Shown here: positions 1-9,338 of the stretch, in pieces | Position numbering within the stretch: the first letter of the stretch is position 1 | How the letters are laid out: the number at the start of each line of letters is the position of its first letter | From: Perkinsus chesapeaki ATCC PRA-425 | Lineage: Eukaryota; Protista; Perkinsozoa | Direction: 5' to 3' | Assembly (NCBI GenBank): GCA_013115145.1 | Contig: JAAPAO010000234.1 | Location: 1 to 49,156 of the forward strand | DNA: 49,156 bases | The notes under the pieces: generated by a model | What the model was told of the DNA's origin: nothing | Database searches by the model: none | Seen by the model: only the letters and a program-made list of their open reading frames with translations | Position numbers and translations under genes: made by a program

Positions 1-135
1 TAGTAGTGGTGGCGGCCTCAGTAGTAGTGGTGGCGGCCTCAGTAGTAGTGGTGGCGGCCTCAGTAGTAGTGGTGGCGGCCTCAGTAGTAGTGGTGGCGGC
101 CTCAGTAGTAGTGGTGGCGGCCTCAGTAGTAGTGG
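1..135 (-). repeat. 21-nt coding tandem repeat (EAATTTT), about 6 copies, truncated by the window edge
   Basis: tagtagtggtggcggcctcag repeats in exact phase from base 1. Confidence 0.95.
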
Positions 136-1192
136 TCGTCAAGGGCGCTAAGGTGGTTGAGGGAAGAGGACTGGTACCTGTCGGATTTGGAGGCATCTGG
201 CTCGCATCGTATCCGGTGCACTTGTACAAATCAGGATTGCACTCAGTTTTGGCAATGCAGTTCAAGCACTTGTCAGTAGCCGGACCAGCAATGCAGCTCA
301 TCATGCAGACATCACGGCCACACTGAACAGACTGGCCGAAACAAGCTGAGCAGGAATCCGACAGACCAGACTGCTCGATACAGGTTGTGGTAGCCTTGGC
401 ATCGCCGAAAGACTGAAGACCACAGTAAGCAATGAAGTTACTGTATGCCTGACCGTACGAAGCCCACAGGTCATGGTCGCTAGTACTGCATTTGTCTTCA
501 GGAAGTGGGCTGGTAGCAGTTGTTGTAGTTGGCGCTGCGGTAGTACTGGTGCTGGTGGTAGTGGGAGTTGTGGTTGTAGTAGTGGTAGTGGGAGCTGTTG
601 TAGTGGTAGTAGTGGTAGTGGGAGTTGTTGTTGTACTAGTGGTGGTAGTGGGAGCTGTTGTGGTGGTGGTAGTGGTAGTGGGAGTTGTAGTAGTAGTGGT
701 AGTGGTGGTAGTGGGAGTTGTAGTAGTAGTAGTGGTAGTGGTGGTAGTGGGAGTTGTAGTAGTTGTAGTAGTGGTAGTTGGCGCAGCAGTAGTCACAGGC
801 AAGGTCTTGACTTCACCTGTCGGATCGGGAGGCATCTCGTTTGCAGGGTAGCCAGTACAAGCATACAGCTTATCATCGCAGTCAGAGCCGTGGATACATT
901 TCAAGCATTTGCTCGTAGCAGGGCCAGCGATACAGCTAAACATACACGAGCCTCTGCCGCACTCCACCGAGTCACCGAAGCACTGAGCGCACGAGGGCGT
1001 TAGCTTATTCATAGGGTCTTCCACCAAGCACTTCGTGGTTCCTTTGGCGTCACCCCAAGCCTTCTGCCCACAACCAGCCAGGAAATTACTGTAAGTTTGA
1101 CCGTAGGAAGTCCAGAAGTCGTGATCTTCCTGAGTGCACTGACCGGCGATGGCCACGCTAATAGTAGCGGCTGTAGCGATAGCAAACTTCAT
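1..1192 (-). CDS. Secreted mucin-like protein with two 12-Cys domains separated and followed by Thr-rich linkers (3' end runs off the window)
   Basis: Hand translation from ATG 1192 gives MKFAIATAATISVAIAGQC (signal-peptide-like) and stays open to base 1. Domain 1 is QCTQEDHDFW...CGQKAWGDAKGTTKC...CAQCFGDSVECGRGSCMFSCIAGPATSKCLKC...CTGY. Domain 2 is KCSTSDHDLW...CGLQSFGDAKATTTC...CSACFGQSVQCGRDVCMMSCIAGPATDKCLNC...CTGY. It is absent from the ORF track because no stop lies in the window; the plus-strand Val-rich ORFs there are its antisense shadow. Confidence 0.85.
   Translation of the reverse strand, partial: MKFAIATAATISVAIAGQCTQEDHDFWTSYGQTYSNFLAGCGQKAWGDAKGTTKCLVEDPMNKLTPSCAQCFGDSVECGRGSCMFSCIAGPATSKCLKCIHGSDCDDKLYACTGYPANEMPPDPTGEVKTLPVTTAAPTTTTTTTTTPTTTTTTTTTTTPTTTTTTTTTTPTTTTTTTTAPTTTTSTTTTPTTTTTTTTAPTTTTTTTTPTTTSTSTTAAPTTTTATSPLPEDKCSTSDHDLWASYGQAYSNFIAYCGLQSFGDAKATTTCIEQSGLSDSCSACFGQSVQCGRDVCMMSCIAGPATDKCLNCIAKTECNPDLYKCTGYDASQMPPNPTGTSPLPSTTLAPLTTTTTEAATTTTEAATTTTEAATTTTEAATTTTEAATTTTEAATTT
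500..800 (-). repeat. Low-complexity Thr/Pro coding linker (poly-T interrupted by P/AP)
   Basis: gtagtg/gtggtg-rich tract translating on the minus strand to PTTTTTTTTT units between the two Cys domains. Confidence 0.9.
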
Positions 1193-1510
1193 TTTTATGA
1201 CGAAGTGCACAAAAAACTGGCTGTTAAGTTGTCTTTGTCGAAGGCCAGCAACTAGCACAAAATTAGCTGTGGCTAGTTTTGTGTGAGGGGACAGGCAATT
1301 TGCGCGCAACAATAGCCTGTCTCTGGAGCCCAATTCGTCCAGCATTCCACGACACAATAAGGAGGTCTGTCCCAATGCTGGTGATCCTTTAGAGTTCTCC
1401 TGCTTCAGCTATACCGCCGACATAGACTAGGGTCAACTGATAACATAGAGCATAAGACACTAGGACGGCATACAGAGCCTGCCTGAAAGGCGCCAACTCA
1501 ACACTAGACT

Positions 1511-3425
1511 TCAATCTACAAATGGGACACCAAACCAGCGAGAAGTCTCCTGGTCGATCACTCTCTCAGTAGTCGTTGAATGCAGCGGAGGGAGTGCAGC
1601 TATTTCCCACGTGGGGACAGAGAGGAAGGTTTCGGTTAGTCGCTTGTACACAGCATAAGCATCGCACAACAAGGAAGTTTTCACAAAACCTTGCGACGTT
1701 ATGATATAATCCAGTTCAGTGAGCCGTATGGGTGCTTCTGTATTCACCTGTTAGAAGGACTGCATTTTTCCAAGAGAAATTATGTAGCCCTCTTGGTTTG
1801 GGCTTAGCTCATACCTTCACTATTATAATTTTGATGTCGAAATCTGCGAGGTTAATCCCTGCAATGATAGCCACTTCGTTTTGTGAGGCCGCAACGTCTA
1901 CGATGAGGACTTCAATTGTCTTCGGCGCTGTCATATCTGTCAAATGAAAAAACGTGACTTCATACTGTATCTCGATGGGAATATTCGTTCAAGGCTCGTG
2001 CACCGAGCTCTGACCTGCTTGCTGTAAAAGATCGCCCAGGCGATACGCCCCACGGCTGTCAGTCTCCATTCTGGATATGAGCCTATCCTCGCTCACCGCT
2101 CGGCTGACCGGCGCCACAGAGTGGTCCAGTACACGACACGATCGATAAGCTCTGAACGAATCCCATCTTTTCTCGAGTTCGGGATTTGCACCGGAAAGCA
2201 CGCATCTGAATCAGAAAAACTCACATGTACTATGCGAAATCAAAACTTCAGGAGGGCTTTGCCTCAATGGGGTATAGTACTTACAGTCCAGTCCATCCCT
2301 GACACTTTTCTAACATGAACGAGATCGATCCTTGGAAAGGAGAGTCACCCACGCTGATGTCGACGAAAAAACGAGCCTTGCTGTCTCCGCCTTTCATAGA
2401 GAAGATATTTCGAATGTACTGGTCCAAGTGGCACTGAGGAGCAAGAGCAGTTGAGTGCAGATACCTGTGATAACGCTTCTGCGCCCTTCTCACTTGCGCT
2501 GGCGAGATATAGTCATGGCCCTTACGGAAGTTCTCACAGTTTCCATCGGAAACGACATTGGCAGGGACTACTGGGTCATGCATGAGTGCTCTCCGGACCC
2601 CGGATGCTAAGCGGTAGGTCGTATTGGCGACCGCACTCATGGCTGCATTCGAAACATGTCTCCACCTATTAACAGGGAGTCGTCGTAGTATCAGCCAGCC
2701 TACCAGCCTAGGATATTTCGCTAGAGAGCGAGATCCATTGCGGTACTAGGGGGAAGCCTTCCCCTGTTGACGTACGTTTCAAGAAGGCGTTGGCAAGGGA
2801 TACTTTGACTGGGCAACTTGGCGTCCTGCAGAGGGTTTCCAGCACATACATGTTCGTCGAAGAATAGGGCCGCCGAGAAGGCATTTTGATCCCCAGCTAA
2901 CTGACGGATGCGGAGTGGTGTTACGCGCAAACTAGGGCCGATTAGTACTAAAGCACCGCGAACATACAGTGGGCATACTGCCGGATCTTACTCAGCGAGC
3001 ATTTGGGCACGGTCCAATCTTTTGGCGCGAAATAGTAATCGGCACCGATTAAGATACGATCTCCATAGCTCGAGCTTTTCAGGTTCTCGACAATCTTAAC
3101 GTTCCACCTTTCTATGTCAATTACATGACAAACGGAGTTGTCGAGCCTAGTCAAGAGGAAGTCGACCGTACTGGCTACCTCCAGCCTGAATAGAGAAGGC
3201 GTGTTTTGGCATAGACTCCAGAGAAGCGAGACTAGATGGTTAACAAGGCCGTGCCAAAAGATGGTATAACACAGAAAATACTTACGACATTCCAAGGGCA
3301 CAGATGTGGTTCGTCCTCTGTCCTAGAGGAGCTTGTGCAATGTAAGTCTCCAACAAAACCTCCAAAGGGTGTTCAGCTGCCTTGCCGCGAAAGAGGAAAA
3401 TCGAAGTAAGCCAAGCGAGACGCAT
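1511..3425 (-). CDS. Multi-exon putative secretory-pathway protein with a C-terminal FkbM (Methyltransf_21)-like domain and a possible second degenerate SAM-fold domain
   Basis: ATG 3425 gives MRLAWLTSIFLFRGKAAEH. Later exons read ARFFVDISVGDSPFQGSISFMLEKCQGWTG, CVLSGANPELEKRWDSFRAYRSCRVLDHSVA, APKTIEVLIVDVAASQNEVAIIAGINLADFDIKIIIVK and LDYIITSQGFVK. This follows the FkbM motif order (FFVD.G.../LEK..GW.G...E.NP/ID.LS.DVEG.E.../D.KVI.VE). Exon boundaries and 3' end are approximate. Confidence 0.6.
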
Positions 3426-3462
3426 AACTAAAATTGTAGTACCCCACCTGCATGGGTAAAGC

Positions 3463-4442
3463 CTCAGTGACAAACGCAACAAGACAAAGGATCGTTTGAA
3501 CATCCTAAATGAAAATGTCTGAAGCACAGTAAAAAGGAGCGCAATGAGAAAGTTGAGGCAGACAGCCACATCAGTGTCAGGCACTGTGTTGAAGAGCACT
3601 AAGGATGATTGAAGTAAAGAAGGACCTTACTGAGTAGGGTCGGCTGGAGAAGAAGAATCCGAAGTAGTGAGGGGGACAGCAGAAGAGATAGTCGAAGATT
3701 GGGAAGGAGTGCTACCGATAACAGTAGTGCTGCCAGAAGTCTCTGTCGTAGAACTACCACCGGTAACAGAAGTGCTGCCAGAAGTCTCTGTCGTAGACTC
3801 AGCCGTAGAACTACCAGCGGTGACAGTAGTGCTGCCGGACATTTCTGTTGTAGATTCAGCAGTAGAACTACCAGCGGTAACAGTACTGCTGCCGGAAATC
3901 TCTGTTGTATACTCAGCCGTAGAGCTCCCAGGTGCCGCAGTCGGTTCTTCACCACAAGCGATGGGCTCCCCAACGCAATCAGCATCTTCTGGTTCAAAGC
4001 AGATTGAACCGTCTGCCTTTTTGGCCAAACCGAAGCAGACAGATGGAGATTGCCAAGATTTGCAGTAAGAGTCGTACTTCGAGTTAGCACAGCCTTCTAC
4101 ATAAGAACACATTTGGGCACAAGGATCTTCAGTGGCAGACACTGACCAAATCATGGTTGCAAGAGCCGAGGACGAAATGATGAAGGAACGCATTTATCTT
4201 GGGGGAAACACAAACTGAGAAGAAGGACTATACACATTTACATAACTAATGAAGAACGTCAACCAACTTATGACTGCATGATTGAGTCACGAGAGTTTTA
4301 CTGTAGCTTTCGGGCTCCGCACACACTTACCTGTGACTGGAACCCTGCATTGTGTTCCTGAGTATGTCTTCGTCTTTCCATGGCACAGGGTGTCCCCTAT
4401 TAAATTTTCCGCTCGTCGTTTACTTTTTAAAGGCCAAAACTC
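3463..4442. repeat. Direct segmental duplication, copy 1 (gene A plus flanks)
   Basis: Alignable by eye to 5487-6763 from ctcagtgac at the left to ...gccaaaactc at the right. The right boundary is approximate. Confidence 0.9.
3627..4193 (-). CDS. Secreted mucin-like protein A: signal peptide, 8-Cys domain, Ser/Thr repeats (188 aa)
   Basis: Intronless ORF MRSFIISSSALATMIWSVSA-TEDPCAQMC...CKSWQSPSVCFGL...CFEPEDADC...C followed by about 3.8 copies of a 19-aa repeat. No hydrophobic C-terminus. Confidence 0.85.
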   Translation of the reverse strand: MRSFIISSSALATMIWSVSATEDPCAQMCSYVEGCANSKYDSYCKSWQSPSVCFGLAKKADGSICFEPEDADCVGEPIACGEEPTAAPGSSTAEYTTEISGSSTVTAGSSTAESTTEMSGSTTVTAGSSTAESTTETSGSTSVTGGSSTTETSGSTTVIGSTPSQSSTISSAVPLTTSDSSSPADPTQ

Positions 4443-5652
4443 GGGAGGTGTTATAAGGCTGGTTATCACATTATGAATACCGTATGACTCATTCGAGCTA
4501 TTCCCTTGAGATAATCAGAGTGAGTCCCTATTTCGCGCTCCTAATCCCACTGAGGAAGCACTCTCAGCTCGAACCTCTACTGTAGAGGCTCTACATCGTG
4601 CCACTTATGCTTATTCTTCTGCCCGACCACTCGAGACCCCGCAAGCACTTGGTCGGCAGTTATTCTTTGGCTTTATTTTTTGCCATCGAGGCGCCCATGT
4701 GATGGTCAAATCCATGAACGAACTTTGATTCAATCCCATTGCGTGTTTGAAATCCACGAGGACTGGTTGGAGGAGTAGAGCCATTTGTCCCCCCTGAGCT
4801 TGTAGAAAAGGTTTTGGACTCAATCTTGCCTAGTAAATATGAGGCTTATACTCTAATTCGACGGGGTTCGCCTCCTACGCCTGCCACAAGCCATGAAACG
4901 GTACAGCACGGCTACGCGGCACATTTTTTTGACTTGTACCTGTAGTGAAGTACGTCAACTGTTGTCCCTACTCGTTGAGCAACTGTTGAGTTTTGAGTCC
5001 GGACTATGGATAAGCACTTCTTGCTAAGCCTTAGAGAGACAGAAAGGAAGCAATACGTGCACAAACAACTCGTAATGGGGAACAGCGGAGCGACGTAGGA
5101 AGGCCCCGAAATTTCTCGTGTCCAGTACAAGATAGGGTTCGTTCTTCTCCCAGGGAAATGCGCAGCCTCCATAAATTCAGCAACCAGTGCCGCAAAGGAT
5201 GACAAATCTCATGAGTTATCGAGATCTAGGTTTTAACAAGAATCTTGCAATAGGGTAGTACTGAAGTTGGAATGGTTCCTGATTCACCCGCTTTTCATGG
5301 ACAGACTCTCATGAGTGGTTATAGCTAACATACCCGTACTGTTTCAGGCTTATATACCTTTCTGATTTCTGCTGGATATGATATAACTCAGACCTTTGGG
5401 GGAATGTTCCGAACCACAATCCGGAGGCGATACCAAACAGAGTAACTACATTATGCACGAGTGCCTGCTCCATCGAAGAGCGCAGACTCAGTGACTAACG
5501 CAACAAGACAAAAGCTCGTTTGAACATCCTGAACGAAAAATGTCTGAAGCACAGTAAAAAGGAGCGCAATGAGAAAAGTTGAGGCAGACAGCAACATCAG
5601 TGTCAGGCACTGTGTTGAAGAGCACTAAGGATGATTGAAGTAAATGAGCGCC

Positions 5653-6516
5653 TTACTGAGTAGGGCCGGCTGGAGAAGAAGAATCCGAAGTAGTGAGGGG
5701 GACAGTAGAAGAGATAGTCCAAGATTGGGAAGGAGTGCTACCGATAACAGTAGTGCTGCCAGAAGTCTCTGTCGTAGACTCAGTCGTAGAACTACCAGCG
5801 GTAACAGTAGTGCTGCCAGAAGTCTCTGTCGTAGACTCAGTCGTAGAACTACCAGTGGTAACAGTAGTACTGCCGGGCATCTCTGTCGTAGCCTCAGTCG
5901 TAGAACTACCAGCGGTAACAGTACTGCTGCCGGGCATCCCTGTTGTAGATTCAGCAGTAGAACTACCAGCGGTAACAGTAGTGCTGCCGGGCATCTCTGT
6001 CGTAGACTCAGCAGTAGAACTACCAGCGGTAACAGTAGTGCTGCCGGGCATCTCTGTCGTAGATTCAGCAGTAGAACTACCAGCGGTAACAGTACTGCTG
6101 CCGGGCATCTCTGTTGTATACTCAGCAGTAGAACCACCAGCGGTAACAGTAGTGCTGCCGGGCATCTCTGTAGTAGATTCAGCAGTAGAACTACCAGCGG
6201 TAGCAGTAGTGCTGCCGGGCATCTCTGTCGTAGATTCAGCAGTAGAGCTCCCAGGTGCCGCAGTCGGTTCTTCACCACAAGCGATGGGCTCCCCGACGCA
6301 ATCAGCATCTTCTGGTTCGAAGCAGATTGAACCGTCTGCCTTTTTGGCCAAACCGAAGCAGACAGATGGAGATTGCCAAGATTTGCAGTAAGAGTCGTAC
6401 TTCGAGTTAGCACAGCCTTCTACATAAGAACACATTTGGGCACAAGGATCTTCAGTGGCAGACACTGACCAAATCATGGTTGCAAGAGCCGAGGACGAAA
6501 TGATGAAGGAACGCAT
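5653..6516 (-). CDS. Secreted mucin-like protein B, paralog of A with more repeats (287 aa)
   Basis: Signal peptide and 8-Cys domain have the same amino-acid sequence as A. About 9 copies of STAESTTEMPGSTTVTAGS (57-nt unit). Confidence 0.85.
   Translation of the reverse strand: MRSFIISSSALATMIWSVSATEDPCAQMCSYVEGCANSKYDSYCKSWQSPSVCFGLAKKADGSICFEPEDADCVGEPIACGEEPTAAPGSSTAESTTEMPGSTTATAGSSTAESTTEMPGSTTVTAGGSTAEYTTEMPGSSTVTAGSSTAESTTEMPGSTTVTAGSSTAESTTEMPGSTTVTAGSSTAESTTGMPGSSTVTAGSSTTEATTEMPGSTTVTTGSSTTESTTETSGSTTVTAGSSTTESTTETSGSTTVIGSTPSQSWTISSTVPLTTSDSSSPAGPTQ
5735..6250 (-). repeat. 57-nt coding tandem repeat, about 9 copies
   Basis: Unit cagtagaactaccagcggtaacagtagtgctgccgggcatctctgtcgtagactcag with variants. 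Confidence 0.95.
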
Positions 6517-7361
6517 TTATCTTGAGGGAAACACAAACTGAGAAGAAGGACTATAGACATTTACATAACTAATGAAGAACGTCGATTAAATTATGACTGT
6601 ATGATTGAGTCACGAAAACTTTACTGCAGCTTCGGGCTCCGCACACACTTACCTGTGACTGGAACCTTGCATTGTGTTCCTGCGCATGTCTTCCTCTTTC
6701 TATGTCACAAGGTGTCTCCTGTTAACTTTTCTGCCTGTCGCTTACGTTAGAAAGCCAAAAACTCAATAGTAGAGTAATATGAGTTATTATAATGTAAGTA
6801 TTGGATGAATTAGCGAGAGAATTGATGAGCATCAATGAGTGCTGTTTTTTTTCTGCTAGCTCATTGAAGCTCGAAAAGCCATGGTGGTGTTTTTTTGCCA
6901 ACATGTTCACTGTGAGGCACATTTCCGATAATAGGCAAGGTCTGCTACTTCCATATAGCGAACTCGAGCTTCTTCTGCTCACACGATGTGCACTTGCAAC
7001 ATAGGCCGGGTACATGAATTGACTGCGAAAGTCATTCAGAAACTAGACTGCAGTTCTATGGAGGGGTTACTACTGTGTTTGCCGAATAACACAAAACAGA
7101 ATACGTCCACTTTATTATTTCAATGGCAATCACTCTCAGCGCTGGTAAGCACTTTGAAACTGGTGTTACCGGACATTTGTCCGGCCGAGTTGTTGCGCGA
7201 ACCCCGAATTCGGACTGATGATTGACAACAACTCGCAAGACCACACAAATACAGAACAAGAAACACAAGACAAGTAACTAGCAATCAAGAACAGGAAAAA
7301 GTTCCTAGGAAGATAGGTAGAACAAATCTCCTCTTGGAAGAATTGAAAACCCTCAGAGTGC

Positions 7362-8343
7362 TTAGCATCTGGTTACAGTGGTATCAATGAGGAAACCGAT
7401 CTTGATATGAACATCATTGGAATCGACTATAGTAGCATCGACACTATCAATGTTCATCATATGCATCAGCTTGGTAAGAGTGGCATCGTAGTTGTAGAAA
7501 TCCATCTGATTACCGTTAACCTTATAATCTGCATGCATAGCCATTCCCATTACACTAATAGTAGCGTGACCACTCTCGAAGTCTACCTTGAAACTCTCGC
7601 CCATGACGTTGCCACAGAAAACGCCTCCGAAGGGAGCGGTCGTAGTAGTCGCCTTCTTAGTGGTAGTCGTTGTCGTTATCGTCGTACTTGTCGTAGTTGT
7701 AGTACTTCTAGTAGATGTCGTGGTAGTAGCTATAGTGGTTGTAGTAGTCGTAGTCACGGGAGCGGCAGTAGTCGTAGTCACGGGAGCGGCAGTAGCCGTA
7801 GTCACGGGAGCGGCAGTAGNNNNNNNNNNNNNNNNNNNNNNNNNNNNNNNNNNNNNNNNNNNNNNNNNNNNNNNNNNNNNNNNNNNNNNNNNNNNNNNNN
7901 NNNNNNNNNNNNNNNNTTGTCGTAGTCACGGGAGCGGCAGTAGTCGTAGTCACGGGAGCGGCAGTAGTCGTAGTCACGGGAGCGGCAGTAGTCGTAGTCA
8001 CGGGAGCGGCAGTAGTCGTAGTCACGGGAGCGGCAGTAGTTGTAGTCACGGGAGCAGCAGTAGTTGTAGTCACGGGAGCAGCAGTAGTACCCGTAGTGAC
8101 TGAACTGTCGCAACTGACTGCATCGCCATAGCAATCCTTGTCATTAGGCTGGAAGCAATAAGAGCCATCAGCCTTCTCAACAAGTCCGAAGCATACGGCG
8201 GGACTCTGCCACGCCTTGCAGTATGATCCGTATTTGGCCGTCTTGCAACCGTCAATCTGGTTGCAAAGAGACACACAGGAATCTTCGGTGGCCGATACAG
8301 TAGTAACGGCGAAAGCAACTGTAGCGATGGTAGTGAAAAACAT
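7362..8343 (-). CDS. Secreted mucin-like protein C: signal peptide, related 8-Cys domain, PVTTTTAA repeats across an assembly gap, C-terminal globular domain
   Basis: ORF 7708-8343 reads MFFTTIATVAFAVTTVSATEDSCVSLC...CKAWQSPAVCFGL...CFQPNDKDC...C. ORF 7362-7805 continues the same repeat into GGVFCGNVMGESFKVDF...TRC*. The frame change falls inside the N-run. Confidence 0.8.
7745..8095 (-). repeat. 24-nt coding tandem repeat (PVTTTTAA), true copy number hidden by the gap
   Basis: gtagtcacgggagcggcagtagtc occurs on both sides of the N-run. Confidence 0.9.
7820..7916. other. Assembly gap (97 N) inside the tandem repeat
   Basis: Run of N. Confidence 1.
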
Positions 8344-8575
8344 AAGTTAGAAATGAAATGCAAGAGCCAATTATCTGACAGGATAGGGTAAGCTGTTATG
8401 CTGTTGTATACATCGTCAATTCTGAACATATCGCTAGTGACTGGTCTTAAGCTCGACACAATTGCGTAATGGCTGAGGACGGGGAGTCCATATGATATGG
8501 ATCATATCGAAGGCTTCCACCAGTTTTGGCAGCATTCAATTGACCTTGCACAATTCACGTGTCTAGAAACGTTCA

Positions 8576-9160
8576 TCATTTACAACAAGTGTCTTTATGC
8601 CCTCCGAACCAATCTTTCCGTTGACACGCTGAGCTGCAATACCATACCTTCTTACATCGGCTGCAGCAACTTGAGCACACTTTACCGCATACTTCGCACA
8701 TTCGGTCGGTCTCCTCAAGCTTGTTGAAGAAACAGTAGTATAAGACTTCAGGATTTGTCTTATCATTGCACTCTTCCCAGAACCGGAAATCGAACCCAAC
8801 CTCGACGCCAATGAGCTCGTACACAGCAACACACTCCATATTGCCTTTGCCTCCTTCACGATCAGCAGGAACCCCTAAAGCCTCGGCGACATCGGCATAC
8901 CGGAAGTCCAATGTAAGATCGAGGGGTAAATCTCCCTGAAACCGCGAATACCCTTTATTCTTCGGACTAGAAGAATAAACGTAGACACAGTCGACTTGGT
9001 CACCCTTCAGACGCATGCTGATGCCTTGGCTCTTAGATTGGATGTAGCTGCAGTCGGAGTAAGTCTTTTCTTCTATGTCGCTGGCTCCACGCTCACATAG
9101 ATATGCACGGACTGCATCTGGCGTTCCCCCGAGGAGTGACTGTAGATTGGACGACGCCAT
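8576..9160 (-). CDS. MYND zinc-finger protein with an uncharacterised N-terminal domain (194 aa, intronless)
   Basis: C-terminal CEVCGKVCSSCCSRCKKVWYCSSACQRKDWFGGHKDTC matches the zf-MYND pattern CxxC...CxxC...YCxxxCQxxDW..HK..C. Confidence 0.85.
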   Translation of the reverse strand: MASSNLQSLLGGTPDAVRAYLCERGASDIEEKTYSDCSYIQSKSQGISMRLKGDQVDCVYVYSSSPKNKGYSRFQGDLPLDLTLDFRYADVAEALGVPADREGGKGNMECVAVYELIGVEVGFDFRFWEECNDKTNPEVLYYCFFNKLEETDRMCEVCGKVCSSCCSRCKKVWYCSSACQRKDWFGGHKDTCCK

Positions 9161-9338
9161 TATTAGTCAATTTGAATTTGCACTAACACAGTAGCTCGAG
9201 TATGCTATAGAGCTCTACGATTAAGCAGAAACGCTTTCCAGCATAACACAACCCGCTGCACGTGGGTGAACAAGGCTTAGGCAAACTTCAGGAAAAATCG
9301 GTTCAGTTAAACTGTTTATCGGTAAGGGTCGGTAAGGA

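Larger units (their letters stand above)
5487..6763. repeat. Direct segmental duplication, copy 2 (gene B plus flanks)
   Basis: Near-identical to 3463-4442 apart from extra 57-nt units and scattered flank substitutions. Confidence 0.9.

Noticed and set aside
1200-3450. Initially looked like decayed retrotransposon fragments
   Set aside because: No RT, integrase, gag or LTR signatures; the short ORFs join through GT-AG introns into a methyltransferase-like gene.
7708-7916. Apparent frameshift in mucin C
   Set aside because: The frame change lies within a 97-N gap of arbitrary length, so it is not evidence for a pseudogene or recoding.
6-8134. Long Val-rich, Gly/Ser/Cys-rich and Arg-rich ORFs on the plus strand and in alternative minus frames
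   Set aside because: These are shadows of Thr/Ser tandem repeats that lack stops in other frames. The signal-peptide-bearing minus frames explain the sequence.
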